The position numbers and the translations under genes were made by a program. From an uncultured Desulfobacterales bacterium (GTDB lineage Bacteria; Desulfobacterota; Desulfobaccia; Desulfobaccales; 0-14-0-80-60-11), in NCBI GenBank assembly GCA_964480485.1, contig CAYZOP010000003.1, positions 184,057 to 248,056 of the forward strand: a stretch of DNA of 64,000 nt, given 5' to 3'. The notes under the pieces were generated by a model. It saw only the letters and a list, made by a program, of their open reading frames with translations, searched no databases and was not told the origin of the DNA. Positions within the stretch are counted from its first letter, which is position 1. Every line of letters starts with the position of its first letter. Of this stretch, positions 1 through 8,834 are shown in pieces.

Positions 1-815
1 TCCGGCAGGGCCAGAAATTTTTCCTCGAAGCTCCCCACCACCACCGAAGGATATTCCGTGAGAAAGGTATTCTCTTCCACCAGCCCCGGGTTGGGCACCA
101 CCTCGCCATCCACCCGGGCCGCCGCCTTGGCCATTTCCGCCTCCAGGAAGGCGCGCCGCGCCATCGGATCGACGATGACATATCCCTGCTCCAGGGCCTG
201 GACGTAGCCGGCCACATCGGTCACCTCCCGGGCTTCCCGGCCCAGGAAGCGGTGGCCGTAGGTCACCCCGCCGCTGGCCACGTCCCCCACGGTAAACGGC
301 ACCACCTCGCCCCCGAAGCGGGCCAGGATCCAGTGGATGGGTCGGGCGAAGGTGATGTCCAGCGCTCCCCAGCGCATGGACTTGGGAAAGCTCAGCCTCA
401 GGATGAACTCCGGGAGGAATTCCTGAAGACGCGCCATCGTCGGCTGACCGGTTGTCCTTTTCCTGGCCGCCAGATATACGCCCCGGGGGGTTTCCACCTC
501 GATGAGCTCGCTCACCCCCACCCCTTGGTTTTTGGCGAAACCCTGGGCGGCGGCGGTGGGCTCCCCCTGCGCGTCAAAGGCCACCGCCTTGGGCGGCCCC
601 AGGATCTCCTGGGTCACTTCGGCCTGGGTCTCCGCCAGGTCCCGGGCCACCAGGGTCAGGCGCCGGGGCGTCCCCCAGGTGACGATCTCCCCCACCGCCA
701 GCCGTTCCTGCTCGCAACGCCTGGCAAAGGCCGCAGCCATCTCCTCCATCACCGGCGGAATGAACCGGGCCGGAATCTCCTCGGTGCCGATCTCCAATAA
801 CAACTCGCGTCCCAT
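1..815 (-). CDS. glyS: glycine--tRNA ligase beta subunit, N-terminal part (3' end runs off the window)
   Basis: Reverse translation from ATG (cat at 813-815) reads MGRELLLEIGTEEIPARFIPPVMEEM..., a GlyS N-terminus. It lies downstream of glyQ on the same strand. Confidence 0.9.
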   Translation of the reverse strand, partial: MGRELLLEIGTEEIPARFIPPVMEEMAAAFARRCEQERLAVGEIVTWGTPRRLTLVARDLAETQAEVTQEILGPPKAVAFDAQGEPTAAAQGFAKNQGVGVSELIEVETPRGVYLAARKRTTGQPTMARLQEFLPEFILRLSFPKSMRWGALDITFARPIHWILARFGGEVVPFTVGDVASGGVTYGHRFLGREAREVTDVAGYVQALEQGYVIVDPMARRAFLEAEMAKAAARVDGEVVPNPGLVEENTFLTEYPSVVVGSFEEKFLALP

Positions 816-846
816 GGCGTTCCTCTGAGTCTGGGGTTGGCGGGGA

Positions 847-878
847 AGAGGGTTAAGGGCCTGGACCCTTACCCCTCT
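847..878. repeat. G-tract/C-tract imperfect hairpin (agagggttaaggg / cccttacccctct) inside the glyQ-glyS spacer
   Basis: The arms are reverse complements with one mismatch. More C-tracts (ccccatccccctcccccc) and G-tracts (gggggctgggagggggcgtggggaggg) follow up to about 1010. Confidence 0.5.
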
Positions 879-1028
879 CCCCATCCCCCTCCCCCCATCC
901 CTTATGGGCTTTTTTCCGCCTCAGAAGTCGGGCTTTCGGCCCGCCTTCCCCAGCAGCCATCTGCGGGGGCTGGGAGGGGGCGTGGGGAGGGCCGGGGGAA
1001 CTCGGTGCCCCCGACCCTCCCCCACAAC

Positions 1029-1898
1029 TCACTTCTGCAACAAGGGAAAGCCCATGGCTTCCCGTTGTTTGAGGTAGGTTTCGGAGCACAGGCGGGCCAG
1101 ATTTCGCACCCGGCCGATGATGCTGGCGCGTTCGGCTACGCTGATGGCCCCCCGGGCGTTCAGGAGGTTAAAGGTGTGGGAGCATTTCAAGCAGTAGTCA
1201 TAGGCCGGCAGCACCAGACCCTGTCCAATGATGCGCAGACTCTCCTTTTCATACATGTCGAAGAGGCGGAAGAGCATGTCCACATCGGCCTGCTCGAAGT
1301 TGTAAATGGAGTGCTCCACTTCCCCCCGGTGGTGGACGTCGCCATAGGTCAAGTCCTTGTTCCACTTGAGGTCATAGACGCTTTCCACCCCCTGGAGGTA
1401 CATGGCGATGCGTTCCGGGCCGTAGGTGAGCTCCACGCTGATGGGGTGGAGATCGATGCCGCCGCACTGCTGGAAATAGGTGAACTGGGTGATCTCCATG
1501 CCGTCCAGCCAGACCTCCCAGCCCAGGCCCCAAGCCCCCAGGGTGGGGGACTCCCAGTCGTCCTCCACGAAGCGGATGTCGTGGTCCAAAGGGTCCAGGC
1601 CCAGGGCCCGCAAGGAATCCAGGTAGATCTCCTGAATATCCTTGGGGGAGGGCTTCATGATGACCTGATATTGGTAATAGTGCTGGAGACGGTTGGGGTT
1701 TTCCCCGTAGCGGCCGTCGGTGGGGCGGCGCGAGGGCTCGACATAGGCCACGTTCCAGGGCTCCGGCCCCAGGGCTCGGAGCAAGGTGTGGGGACTGAAG
1801 GTGCCGGCCCCCACCTCCAGGTCGTAGGGCTGCACAATGATGCAGCCGCGCTCCGCAAAGAAGCGCTCCAGGGTCATGAGCAGGTCCTGAAAATACAT
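1029..1898 (-). CDS. glyQ: glycine--tRNA ligase alpha subunit
   Basis: 289 aa [41 protein letters not shown]...[19 protein letters not shown], typical GlyQ sequence and length. Confidence 0.97.
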   Translation of the reverse strand: MYFQDLLMTLERFFAERGCIIVQPYDLEVGAGTFSPHTLLRALGPEPWNVAYVEPSRRPTDGRYGENPNRLQHYYQYQVIMKPSPKDIQEIYLDSLRALGLDPLDHDIRFVEDDWESPTLGAWGLGWEVWLDGMEITQFTYFQQCGGIDLHPISVELTYGPERIAMYLQGVESVYDLKWNKDLTYGDVHHRGEVEHSIYNFEQADVDMLFRLFDMYEKESLRIIGQGLVLPAYDYCLKCSHTFNLLNARGAISVAERASIIGRVRNLARLCSETYLKQREAMGFPLLQK

Positions 1899-2094
1899 GC
1901 CGCCCCTCCTCTTGGGTGCAGAAGTATCAAAAAACAGTAACCAAATGGGTCGGGAATGTCAAGATTACCCCTGAGGTTCCCAGGAAAACTCGCAGCAATG
2001 CACCTGACTCCCTGGGGTGGCCCGCGGCCCCAGGACCTGGGGCGCCAAGCAACCCCAAAGAGGCCGGGCCCCTGAGGTTTTCTCGGCTTTCCCC

Positions 2095-2123
2095 TTGACG
2101 CCGGGAACGGGGCAAGGTATATG
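2095..2123 (+). promoter_or_regulatory. candidate sigma70-type promoter for tRNA-Val
   Basis: TTGACG (2095-2100), 17 nt spacer, TATATG (2118-2123), about 12 nt before the tRNA 5' end. Confidence 0.35.
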
Positions 2124-2135
2124 AAAAGATATCAG

Positions 2136-2210
2136 AGGCACGTAGCTCAGGGGGAGAGCACCACCTTGACGCGGTGGGGGTCAGGAGTTCAAATCTCCTC
2201 GTGCCTACCA
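2136..2210 (+). tRNA. tRNA-Val (anticodon GAC), CCA encoded
   Basis: Hand-folded cloverleaf of 75 nt. Acceptor aggcacg/cgtgcct; D arm gctc-agggggA-gagc; anticodon arm ccacc-ttGACgc-ggtgg; T arm aggag-ttcaaat-ctcct; discriminator A plus CCA. Confidence 0.95.
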
Positions 2211-2394
2211 GGAAATGCCAGGGGTTACGGCTTCGGGCCGTGGCCCCTGTTTTCTTGTTTCCACCAGGCTTGCCGCCAACTGCGGCCTCCGACGCCAAGG
2301 GCCGCCGCCTCGTGGCGGGAATTCCCCCCTGCCCCCGGAAGCGTGCAAACTCGGCCCAAAACCGGTATACTTGCAAAAAAACCGGAGGCGCTCC

Positions 2395-3096
2395 GTGCAC
2401 CGTTCCGCCTGTCTTCCCCTCTGGCTGTGTCTCATGCTCCTGATCCCCCTGACGCCGGCGGCGGCCGACCCCCGGGCCGAAGTGCCAGCCACCGCCTTTG
2501 ACTTCGGGGAGGTGTTCGAGGACCGGGAACTCTCCCACACCTTCGTCATCAAAAACACCGGCGACAAAACCTTGGAGATCCAAGACATTGACGCCGACTG
2601 CGCCTGCACCACCACGGACTCCGACCGGCGCATCCCCCCCGGCGGCCAGGGCCGCCTGAAACTGACCATCGCCCCTTATTCCGTGATGCGCCAGTTTAAA
2701 AAGGAGACCAAGGTCTTCCTGAATGATCCGGCCCGCTCCCCGGTGGTCTTTCGCCTCACCGGCTACGCCCGGCCCTTTGTGGAGATTCAGCCCAGCCACG
2801 TGGTGCGTCTCCGGGGCAAACCGGGGGAGGACCTGCGGGGCCAGGTACGCTTCATCTCGCATCTCCCGGCGCCCTTTGAAATCACCGGTTTCACCACGGA
2901 TGTCCCCCACCTCATCGACGTGAGCATCAAAGCGGAACAGCCTGGCCGGATCTACGTGGTGGAAGTCAGCAACAAGAGCCGCGACCCGGGAAATTATCAG
3001 GGGCTCATCACTCTGAGCACCACCTCTGCCAAACGCCCCCGCCTGATCATGCGGGTCTTCGGCGAACTTTCCCTGCCTTCGGCCACCAGCCCGTGA
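2395..3096 (+). CDS. DUF1573 domain-containing secreted protein
   Basis: FDFGEVFEDRELSHTFVIKNTGDKTLEIQDIDADCACT matches the DUF1573 pattern (FDFG...N.G...L.I...CGCT-like). The signal-like N-terminus is LPLWLCLMLLIPLTPAAA. The start is uncertain: I chose the in-frame GTG at 2395, while the ORF is open from 2215. Confidence 0.7.
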   Translation: MHRSACLPLWLCLMLLIPLTPAAADPRAEVPATAFDFGEVFEDRELSHTFVIKNTGDKTLEIQDIDADCACTTTDSDRRIPPGGQGRLKLTIAPYSVMRQFKKETKVFLNDPARSPVVFRLTGYARPFVEIQPSHVVRLRGKPGEDLRGQVRFISHLPAPFEITGFTTDVPHLIDVSIKAEQPGRIYVVEVSNKSRDPGNYQGLITLSTTSAKRPRLIMRVFGELSLPSATSP

Positions 3097-3161
3097 GACG
3101 GCAGGCCGGGGGAGCGCGGCGCCGCCGCCCTCCCCTCCATTTCCCCACCTCCTGGATAAAG

Positions 3162-3202
3162 TTGGCCGGGGCCTCGGGCATCAAACCCGCCGCCCCGGCC
3201 AA
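3162..3202. terminator. hairpin between convergent DUF1573 gene and cydB
   Basis: Perfect 11-bp inverted repeat, ttggccggggc (3162-3172) / gccccggccaa (3192-3202). The flanking A/T runs are weak. Confidence 0.4.
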
Positions 3203-3276
3203 AATTGTTCAACTTCATCGGGGCTGGGGGGAGGGAGCAAGGGGCCGCCGTGCCTGCGCCCCTCCCCATCAGACTC

Positions 3277-4299
3277 CTAATATCCTTTTTCTCCCAAATC
3301 CTCGGCCGTCACCTTGTCTTTGAAGAGGTAATGGGCCCACGTCTGATAGGCGATGACCAGGGGCACAAAGGTGAGGGCCACGGCCAGCATGATTTTCAGG
3401 GTGAGTTGCGAGGAGGACGAGTTGAAGGCCGTGAGACTGAAGGCCGGATCCAGGCTGGAGGGCAGGAGGTTGGGGTAGAGCCCCACCACCCCGAACAGGG
3501 TGACCCCCACGATGGTGCCGGCCGAGGCGAACCAGGCCCGCCACCAGGCGTGCCGGCGCATAAAGATCCAGATGAGCATGAGGGCCGCCACCGCGGCCAG
3601 GGGCAGGGCCAGGAGAGCCGGCTGCGCCAGATAGTTGTCCCACAGATGGGTGAGCCGCCGGGTGGCGATGAGAAAGATCACCGCCAGCACCGCCAGCCAG
3701 GGCCACAGGCCCCGGGCGGTGGCCGCCGCCCGCCGGTGCATGTCGCCCTCGGTCTTCACCGCCAGCCACAAGGCCCCGTGCAGGCAGAAGAGCAGGACAA
3801 AGAGCAGGCCTCCCGCCAGCCCGTAGGGGTTGAGCAGGGTAAAGAGCGTGCCCTGATAGATGCCGTCCTTATCCAGAGGGATGCCTTGGAAGATATTTGC
3901 AAAAGCCACGCCCAAGAGCAGAGCGGGCAGGAGACTGCCCACGAAGAGGCAGCCGTCCCACAGGCGGCGCCAGCCGGGGTCGTCCACCTCGTCCCGGAAG
4001 GCGAAGGTGACCCCCCGGAGAATGAGGGCGAACAGAATGAGCATCAGGGGGGTGTAAAGGCCGCTGAACATGGCGGCGTAGGTGGTGGGAAAGGCGGCGA
4101 AGGTGACGCCGCCCGCGGCGATGAGCCAGACCTCGTTGCCGTCCCAATGGGGTTCCATCACCCGGTAGATGAGCCGCCGGTCCGTCTCGGTCTTCCCCAA
4201 GCCGGGGAGGAGGATGCCCAGCCCCAGATCAAAGCCGTCCAGCATGAAATAGACCGCCCACAGCAGGCCCCACAGCAGAAACCAGATGGTGTTCAGCAT
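3277..4299 (-). CDS. cydB: cytochrome bd ubiquinol oxidase subunit II
   Basis: 340 aa, MLNTIWFLLWGLLWAVYFMLDGFDLGLGILLP..., polytopic membrane protein. It follows cydA after a 2-nt gap. Confidence 0.95.
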   Translation of the reverse strand: MLNTIWFLLWGLLWAVYFMLDGFDLGLGILLPGLGKTETDRRLIYRVMEPHWDGNEVWLIAAGGVTFAAFPTTYAAMFSGLYTPLMLILFALILRGVTFAFRDEVDDPGWRRLWDGCLFVGSLLPALLLGVAFANIFQGIPLDKDGIYQGTLFTLLNPYGLAGGLLFVLLFCLHGALWLAVKTEGDMHRRAAATARGLWPWLAVLAVIFLIATRRLTHLWDNYLAQPALLALPLAAVAALMLIWIFMRRHAWWRAWFASAGTIVGVTLFGVVGLYPNLLPSSLDPAFSLTAFNSSSSQLTLKIMLAVALTFVPLVIAYQTWAHYLFKDKVTAEDLGEKGY

Positions 4300-4301
4300 G
4301 G

Positions 4302-5630
4302 CTAGGCACCTCCCGTCATCGCCGCCGGGGCGGGTTCCGGCCCGGCTTTGGCAAACTTGGCCATGAGGTAGAAGGCCACCACCCCCAGGATCCCATAGAG
4401 CAAGATGAAGCCCGCCAGGGTTATCCCCACTTGGCTGGCGGCGATGGGCGACACCGCGTCCCTGGTCTTCATCAGCCCGTAGACGATCCAGGGCTGCCGG
4501 CCCACTTCGGTGACGATCCAGCCGGCCTGGAGGGCGATATAGGGGAGGGGCATGGCGTAGAGCATGACCCGCAGATAGAGGGGATTTACGATGAGCCTGT
4601 TCCTGAGGAGCCAGCCGAGGCCCGTCAGGAGCACAAAGAGGAAGCCCAGGGCCACCATGACCCGGAAGGCCAGAAAGGTCAGCAGCACCGGCGGCCGCTC
4701 TTCCTTAGGGAAGTCCTTGAGGCCCTTGACCACGGCCTGGGAATCATGGAAGGCCAGGAGGCTCAAGGCGCCGGGGATCTTGCCGATCTCCACCAGGTTG
4801 CGCTCATTTTGTTCGTCGGGGATGAGGAACAGCGTCTGGGGCGCGCCGGCCTGGGTCTCCCAGAGGGACTCCATGGCCGCCAGCTTGGCGGGCTGGATCT
4901 TGGCCACCTCGGCCCCGTGGATATGGCCCTGCACCACTTCCGCCACCGAGAAAATCAGGGCAAAGACAAGCCCCATCTGAAAGGATTTGGTGAAGAAGGA
5001 CACGTGCTGATCCCTGAGCAAATGGTAGGCGCTCACCCCCATGACGAAAAAGCCCGCCAAAATGTAGGCGCCGCTCAGGGTGTGAAAAAAGATCTGCCAG
5101 GCGAAGGGTTGGGTCACCACGGCCAGAAAGTTGTCCAGCTCGGCCCGCCCGTTTCTGATCACATAGCCCACCGGGTGCTGCATCCAGGCGTTGGCGATGA
5201 GGATCCACAGGGCCGAGAGGTTGCTGGCCGCGGCCACCAGCCAGATGGTGAGGCAGTGCAGCCTGGGGGACAGCCGGTCCCAGGTGAGGGCCCAAACCGC
5301 CAGAAAGGTGGACTCCAGGAAAAAGGAAGTGGTGGCCTCGATGGCCAGGATGGAGCCGAAAATGTCGCCCACATATCTGGAATAGCGGGACCAGTTGGTG
5401 CCGAATTGAAACTCCAGAGTGATGCCGGTGACCACCCCCACGGCGAAGTTGACCAAAAAGATTTTGCCCCAGAATCTGGCCATGCGCCGGTATTCCTCAT
5501 TTCCCGAGCGCACATAAATGGTTTCCATGATGGCGATGAGGATGGACAGGCCCAAGGTCAGGGGCACGAAGAGGAAATGAAAAAAGGTGGCCGCTGCAAA
5601 TTGCAGTCGGGATAGCATGAGAACATCCAT
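4302..5630 (-). CDS. cydA: cytochrome bd ubiquinol oxidase subunit I
   Basis: 442 aa, MDVLMLSRLQFAAATFFHFLFVPLTLGLS..., typical CydA N-terminus. An AGGAGG RBS lies upstream. Confidence 0.95.
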   Translation of the reverse strand: MDVLMLSRLQFAAATFFHFLFVPLTLGLSILIAIMETIYVRSGNEEYRRMARFWGKIFLVNFAVGVVTGITLEFQFGTNWSRYSRYVGDIFGSILAIEATTSFFLESTFLAVWALTWDRLSPRLHCLTIWLVAAASNLSALWILIANAWMQHPVGYVIRNGRAELDNFLAVVTQPFAWQIFFHTLSGAYILAGFFVMGVSAYHLLRDQHVSFFTKSFQMGLVFALIFSVAEVVQGHIHGAEVAKIQPAKLAAMESLWETQAGAPQTLFLIPDEQNERNLVEIGKIPGALSLLAFHDSQAVVKGLKDFPKEERPPVLLTFLAFRVMVALGFLFVLLTGLGWLLRNRLIVNPLYLRVMLYAMPLPYIALQAGWIVTEVGRQPWIVYGLMKTRDAVSPIAASQVGITLAGFILLYGILGVVAFYLMAKFAKAGPEPAPAAMTGGA

Positions 5631-5840
5631 CCGGGCACCTACCTCCTTTGGGTGTGGATATGGCGGGGCGGGATCAGGTCCCGGTGGTCCCTGCCCGCCC
5701 CACGCCCCCTCCCAAGCGTTGCTTGGTCAGAAAAGGCAGTCGGAAGGTCCCTCTGCCCTGACCGGAAAAAAATGAACGGCTTGGGGAGAGATTGACGGCG
5801 GGGCCAGGGGGCACCGACCCCTGGCCCCCTGCCGTAAAAT

Positions 5841-6080
5841 TCACGCAACATGGGGCCAGGGTTCCTGGTCCCGGGTCTCGGCCAGGTAGCAGAAGCGGTC
5901 CCACTCCACCTCCCGGTGGGAAACGGGGCACCTGAGCCTGACCTTGCGCTCGCTCACTCCGATGACCTCCCAGTCCCCGGCCCGGGGACCGCTGGCGATG
6001 GTGATTTTCTGGCCCACTTCCAGGGGATAGGGGCGAAAGATCAGGACTCGGTGCGGGGCCGGTTTGTCGGGTTCGGGCAT
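5841..6080 (-). CDS. small hypothetical protein (79 aa)
   Basis: MPEPDKPAPHRVLIFRPYPLEVGQKITIASGPRAGDWEVIGVSERKVRLRCPVSHREVEWDRFCY... An AAGGAG RBS sits 6 nt upstream of the ATG at 6080. The gene is 25 nt downstream of the DUF3786 gene. I recognise no family. Confidence 0.55.
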   Translation of the reverse strand: MPEPDKPAPHRVLIFRPYPLEVGQKITIASGPRAGDWEVIGVSERKVRLRCPVSHREVEWDRFCYLAETRDQEPWPHVA

Positions 6081-6105
6081 CTTTTTACTCCTTGGCTCCG
6101 GGGAA

Positions 6106-6912
6106 TCAATCCAGCAAGCGCTCCATGAGCCCCTCCACCAGAAACAGGAGGGATTCCAGGTCCAAATAGGCCAGGACGCTGGCATCAAACAGGCACCGGG
6201 CCTGGGCCGGGAAGTCCTCGTCCGGCTCCGCCTCCCAGTAAAGCAGCAAAATAGGGACCCGGGGCAGCGGGCGGAAGACCAGGGTCAGGTCGGCGTCCTC
6301 GCCGGCCCGGGTGGGCTGCCCCCCCAGGGCCAGGGCCCGCTCTTGCAGGACGGCCAGGCGACCGGCGAAAGCCTCGGCCAGGTGCTGCTGCAGACGCTCC
6401 AGGGTTTTAGTCTTGGAGACGGAGTTGGGCAGGCTCTGAAAACTGATCCAAGTGCCGCGATTGGGCTCCTCCCCCGGAGAGGCCAGGTAGTTGTAAATCA
6501 GGATGGCGTCCCAGGGGTTGGCGGATACACCTGGGGGGTACTCCACCCGTTCCTTCCAAACCCTGAGCCGGTGGCCAAAAAACGGCAGGATGACATAGGG
6601 GCGGCCGTCGGCCTCGCCATACTCCAACCCGTGGCCGGACGCCTGGGCCGCAAAATCCAGGGGCGCCACCTTCTCTTCCAGGGCCTCCAGGGCGATGGCG
6701 ATGGTCTCCCGGCGGCGTCCCTGACCAGCCTGCTGCTGCTCCTTAAGCGCCGCCACGGCCGGTGCCGCGGCCTCCGGGAGATAGGGGCATTGCCTGACGT
6801 CTTCCCCTTCCTTCACCACCCGGGTGGCAAAGGCCAAACAGGTGGGCAGGCCGCAGTCGCCGCAATTGCTGCCAGGCAGCAGCTTGAACACCTCCAATAC
6901 TGACATCGCCAT
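6106..6912 (-). CDS. DUF3786 domain protein with N-terminal putative Fe-S cluster-binding domain
   Basis: The N-terminus LPGSNCGDCGLPTCLAFATRV resembles the CxxCxxxxC putative Fe-S cluster domain (PF04060-like) seen in RnfB/CdhD-type proteins. The remainder resembles DUF3786. Both family assignments are from memory. Confidence 0.75.
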   Translation of the reverse strand: MAMSVLEVFKLLPGSNCGDCGLPTCLAFATRVVKEGEDVRQCPYLPEAAAPAVAALKEQQQAGQGRRRETIAIALEALEEKVAPLDFAAQASGHGLEYGEADGRPYVILPFFGHRLRVWKERVEYPPGVSANPWDAILIYNYLASPGEEPNRGTWISFQSLPNSVSKTKTLERLQQHLAEAFAGRLAVLQERALALGGQPTRAGEDADLTLVFRPLPRVPILLLYWEAEPDEDFPAQARCLFDASVLAYLDLESLLFLVEGLMERLLD

Positions 6913-6999
6913 GAATTCACCAACTCCCTGGGTATGCTCTGGCAGCGGTCCTGATTCTGCCGGCCCGTCATTATAGATAAATTATCTACTAATCAATAA

Positions 7000-7027
7000 T
7001 TGTTACTGTCTTAAGGGATACTATAAT
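7000..7027 (+). promoter_or_regulatory. candidate sigma70-type promoter far upstream of the FadL-family gene
   Basis: TTGTTA (7000-7005), 16 nt spacer, TATAAT (7022-7027). The -10 box sits in the loop of the inverted repeat cttaaggga (7010-7018) / tcccttaag (7031-7039). Confidence 0.4.
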
Positions 7028-7074
7028 GCCTCCCTTAAGGCGATTCAACCCTCCTCGGCAAACTTCCCTTAAGA
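7010..7074. repeat. three copies of the 9-mer TCCCTTAAG (one inverted, two direct); putative operator
   Basis: cttaaggga at 7010-7018 (inverted copy), tcccttaag at 7031-7039, and tcccttaag at 7066-7074. Confidence 0.5.
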
Positions 7075-7457
7075 AACTGTACCCGCTCCACAACATTAGT
7101 GAGGCCATCCGCAGACCCTCCGGCCAGTGAAACGTCAAAACCGCTGCGTTCGGCGCCGGACCGCAGAGGTTGCCGGCAGGCAGTGGGGCCCCACCCCGGG
7201 AAACAAAGGAGAACCAGTACCGCGCCTGCCTTCCCCCTCCTTTCCCAGGAAAAAAGTGCCATTTCCTCTCGAAGGTTCAGACAAGGATTGCCGATGGCAA
7301 ACTAAAGGTGATTAATGTTTTTAAGATTCGACGATTTCGTGCTATCCTTAGCCCACTCTGCTTCCTTGATGGGGTTCCCCTAAGGATAATAGCTATCGCC
7401 TCGGGGAATCCCTGATATCGGCGGAATGCTTGGGGCATTCTTTCGTGGGGGCTACCT

Positions 7458-8834
7458 ATGACGTATCGGCAATGGTTCCGGCGGCCAGCCCTTGACAGCC
7501 TCTTGCGGTCAGGCTTCCTCAGCCTGGCTGCGGTCCTTTCCGTCCGCAGCCCCGGTCCCGCCCTGCTGCGGCGCTGCTGGCTGGGGCTCCTGGCCCTGAC
7601 CGTGGGAGTCGTCACTCCCGAGCCGGGTAAAGCCGCGGGCTTTGCCTTGGTTCAGCAGGGCACGGCGGCCATGGCCCAGGGAAACGCCTTCGTGGCGGAA
7701 GCCAACGACCCCTCGGCGATCTTTTATAACCCGGCAGGCCTCAACCAACTCAGGCGCCCCGAGGTTTATCTCGCCACCATCTTCAATGCTCCAGACCGGG
7801 AATATCACGGATCCGGCGGGGCTTTTTCCCAGACCAATCACCGCCTCTACCGGTCCTCGTCCCTCTACTTGGTGTGGCCCATTCATAAACGGGTGGCGGC
7901 CGGCATCGGCCTGTTTGCCCCCTTCGGCCTGGGTACCGCCTGGCCGCCGGGCTGGGCCGGACGCTATCTGACCACGCTTTCCAGCCTGAAAACTTACAAC
8001 CTCAATCCGGTGGTCTCGGTGAAGCTCTGGCGCAACGTCTCCGTGGCGGTGGGTTTCAATGCCCTGTATGCCGATGTGGAACTGAAGCGCCAGCTTCCCG
8101 TGGTGGTGGGCGCGACGGTTTTGCCTGACGGCGAAGCGGCGCTGTCCGGCGACGGCACCGGCTTCGGTTTTAATGCGGGAGCGCTCTATGAACCTTGGTC
8201 CGGGGTGAAGCTTGGCCTGTCGTATCGCAGCTCCATCGACGTCACCCTCAAAGGAGACCTGCAGACCTTCCTGCCGGCCCCCTTGCCGTCGTTGGCCCCC
8301 ATCCCTGGCTCGGCCCGCCTGAACCTGCCGCCTTCCCTCACCTTCGGGCTGAGCCTCAGCCGCTGGCAGCCAGTGACGGTGAACGTGGACGTCACCTGGA
8401 CCGGCTGGTCCACGTACGACCGCCTCAAGGTCGATCTGGATCGTCCCCTGCTGGTCAACGGCAGGCTCACCCAATCCCTCATCACTCCCAAGAACTGGCG
8501 CGACGCCTGGGCTTTCCGCGTGGGGGCCAATTATCAGCTCGGGGAAAAGATGAAGCTTAGAGCCGGCTACATCTACGATCAGACCCCGGTGCCGGACGCC
8601 ACCTTCGATCCCCAGGTGCCGGATAACGACCGTCATATCTTCACCCTGGGAGGCGATCTGACGATATCCCGGTTCACCCTGGGCCTCGCCTACAATTACA
8701 TCTATAGCGAACAACGCACCAAGGCCAATGCCCTGGGCCTGAACGGTCAGTCTCTGCCGGCAGCCTTGCAGGCCAACGGCACCTATAAAAGCGATGTTCA
8801 TTCCCTGGGACTGAGCCTGTCAGCCCGCTTTTAG
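7458..8834 (+). CDS. outer-membrane transport protein, FadL/OmpP1/TodX family
   Basis: AGFALVQQGTAAMAQGNAFVAEANDPSAIFYNPAGL is the family N-terminal signature (NPAG). The sequence has alternating beta-strand character and a C-terminal Phe (SLSARF). The N-terminal leader is unusually long, so the start is uncertain. Confidence 0.9.
   Translation: MTYRQWFRRPALDSLLRSGFLSLAAVLSVRSPGPALLRRCWLGLLALTVGVVTPEPGKAAGFALVQQGTAAMAQGNAFVAEANDPSAIFYNPAGLNQLRRPEVYLATIFNAPDREYHGSGGAFSQTNHRLYRSSSLYLVWPIHKRVAAGIGLFAPFGLGTAWPPGWAGRYLTTLSSLKTYNLNPVVSVKLWRNVSVAVGFNALYADVELKRQLPVVVGATVLPDGEAALSGDGTGFGFNAGALYEPWSGVKLGLSYRSSIDVTLKGDLQTFLPAPLPSLAPIPGSARLNLPPSLTFGLSLSRWQPVTVNVDVTWTGWSTYDRLKVDLDRPLLVNGRLTQSLITPKNWRDAWAFRVGANYQLGEKMKLRAGYIYDQTPVPDATFDPQVPDNDRHIFTLGGDLTISRFTLGLAYNYIYSEQRTKANALGLNGQSLPAALQANGTYKSDVHSLGLSLSARF

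Noticed and set aside
837-1940. 367-aa forward ORF across the glyQ region, and similar forward ORFs over cydB/cydA (3205-4305, 4431-5615)
   Set aside because: They lie opposite well-supported reverse-strand genes and have no family resemblance.
7150-7240. Cobalamin-riboswitch-like fragments (cagtgggg / gggaaac / cctgcc) in the porin leader
   Set aside because: The order and spacing of the elements do not match the B12-box architecture on either strand. A FadL-family gene is also not an expected B12-regulated target.
7325-7333. gattcgacg, reminiscent of the conserved 5' segment of tmRNA (GGAUUCGACG)
   Set aside because: There is no tRNA-like 3' end (T-arm plus ...CCA), no tag reading frame, and only about 130 nt before the porin start codon. 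It is too short and incomplete for ssrA.
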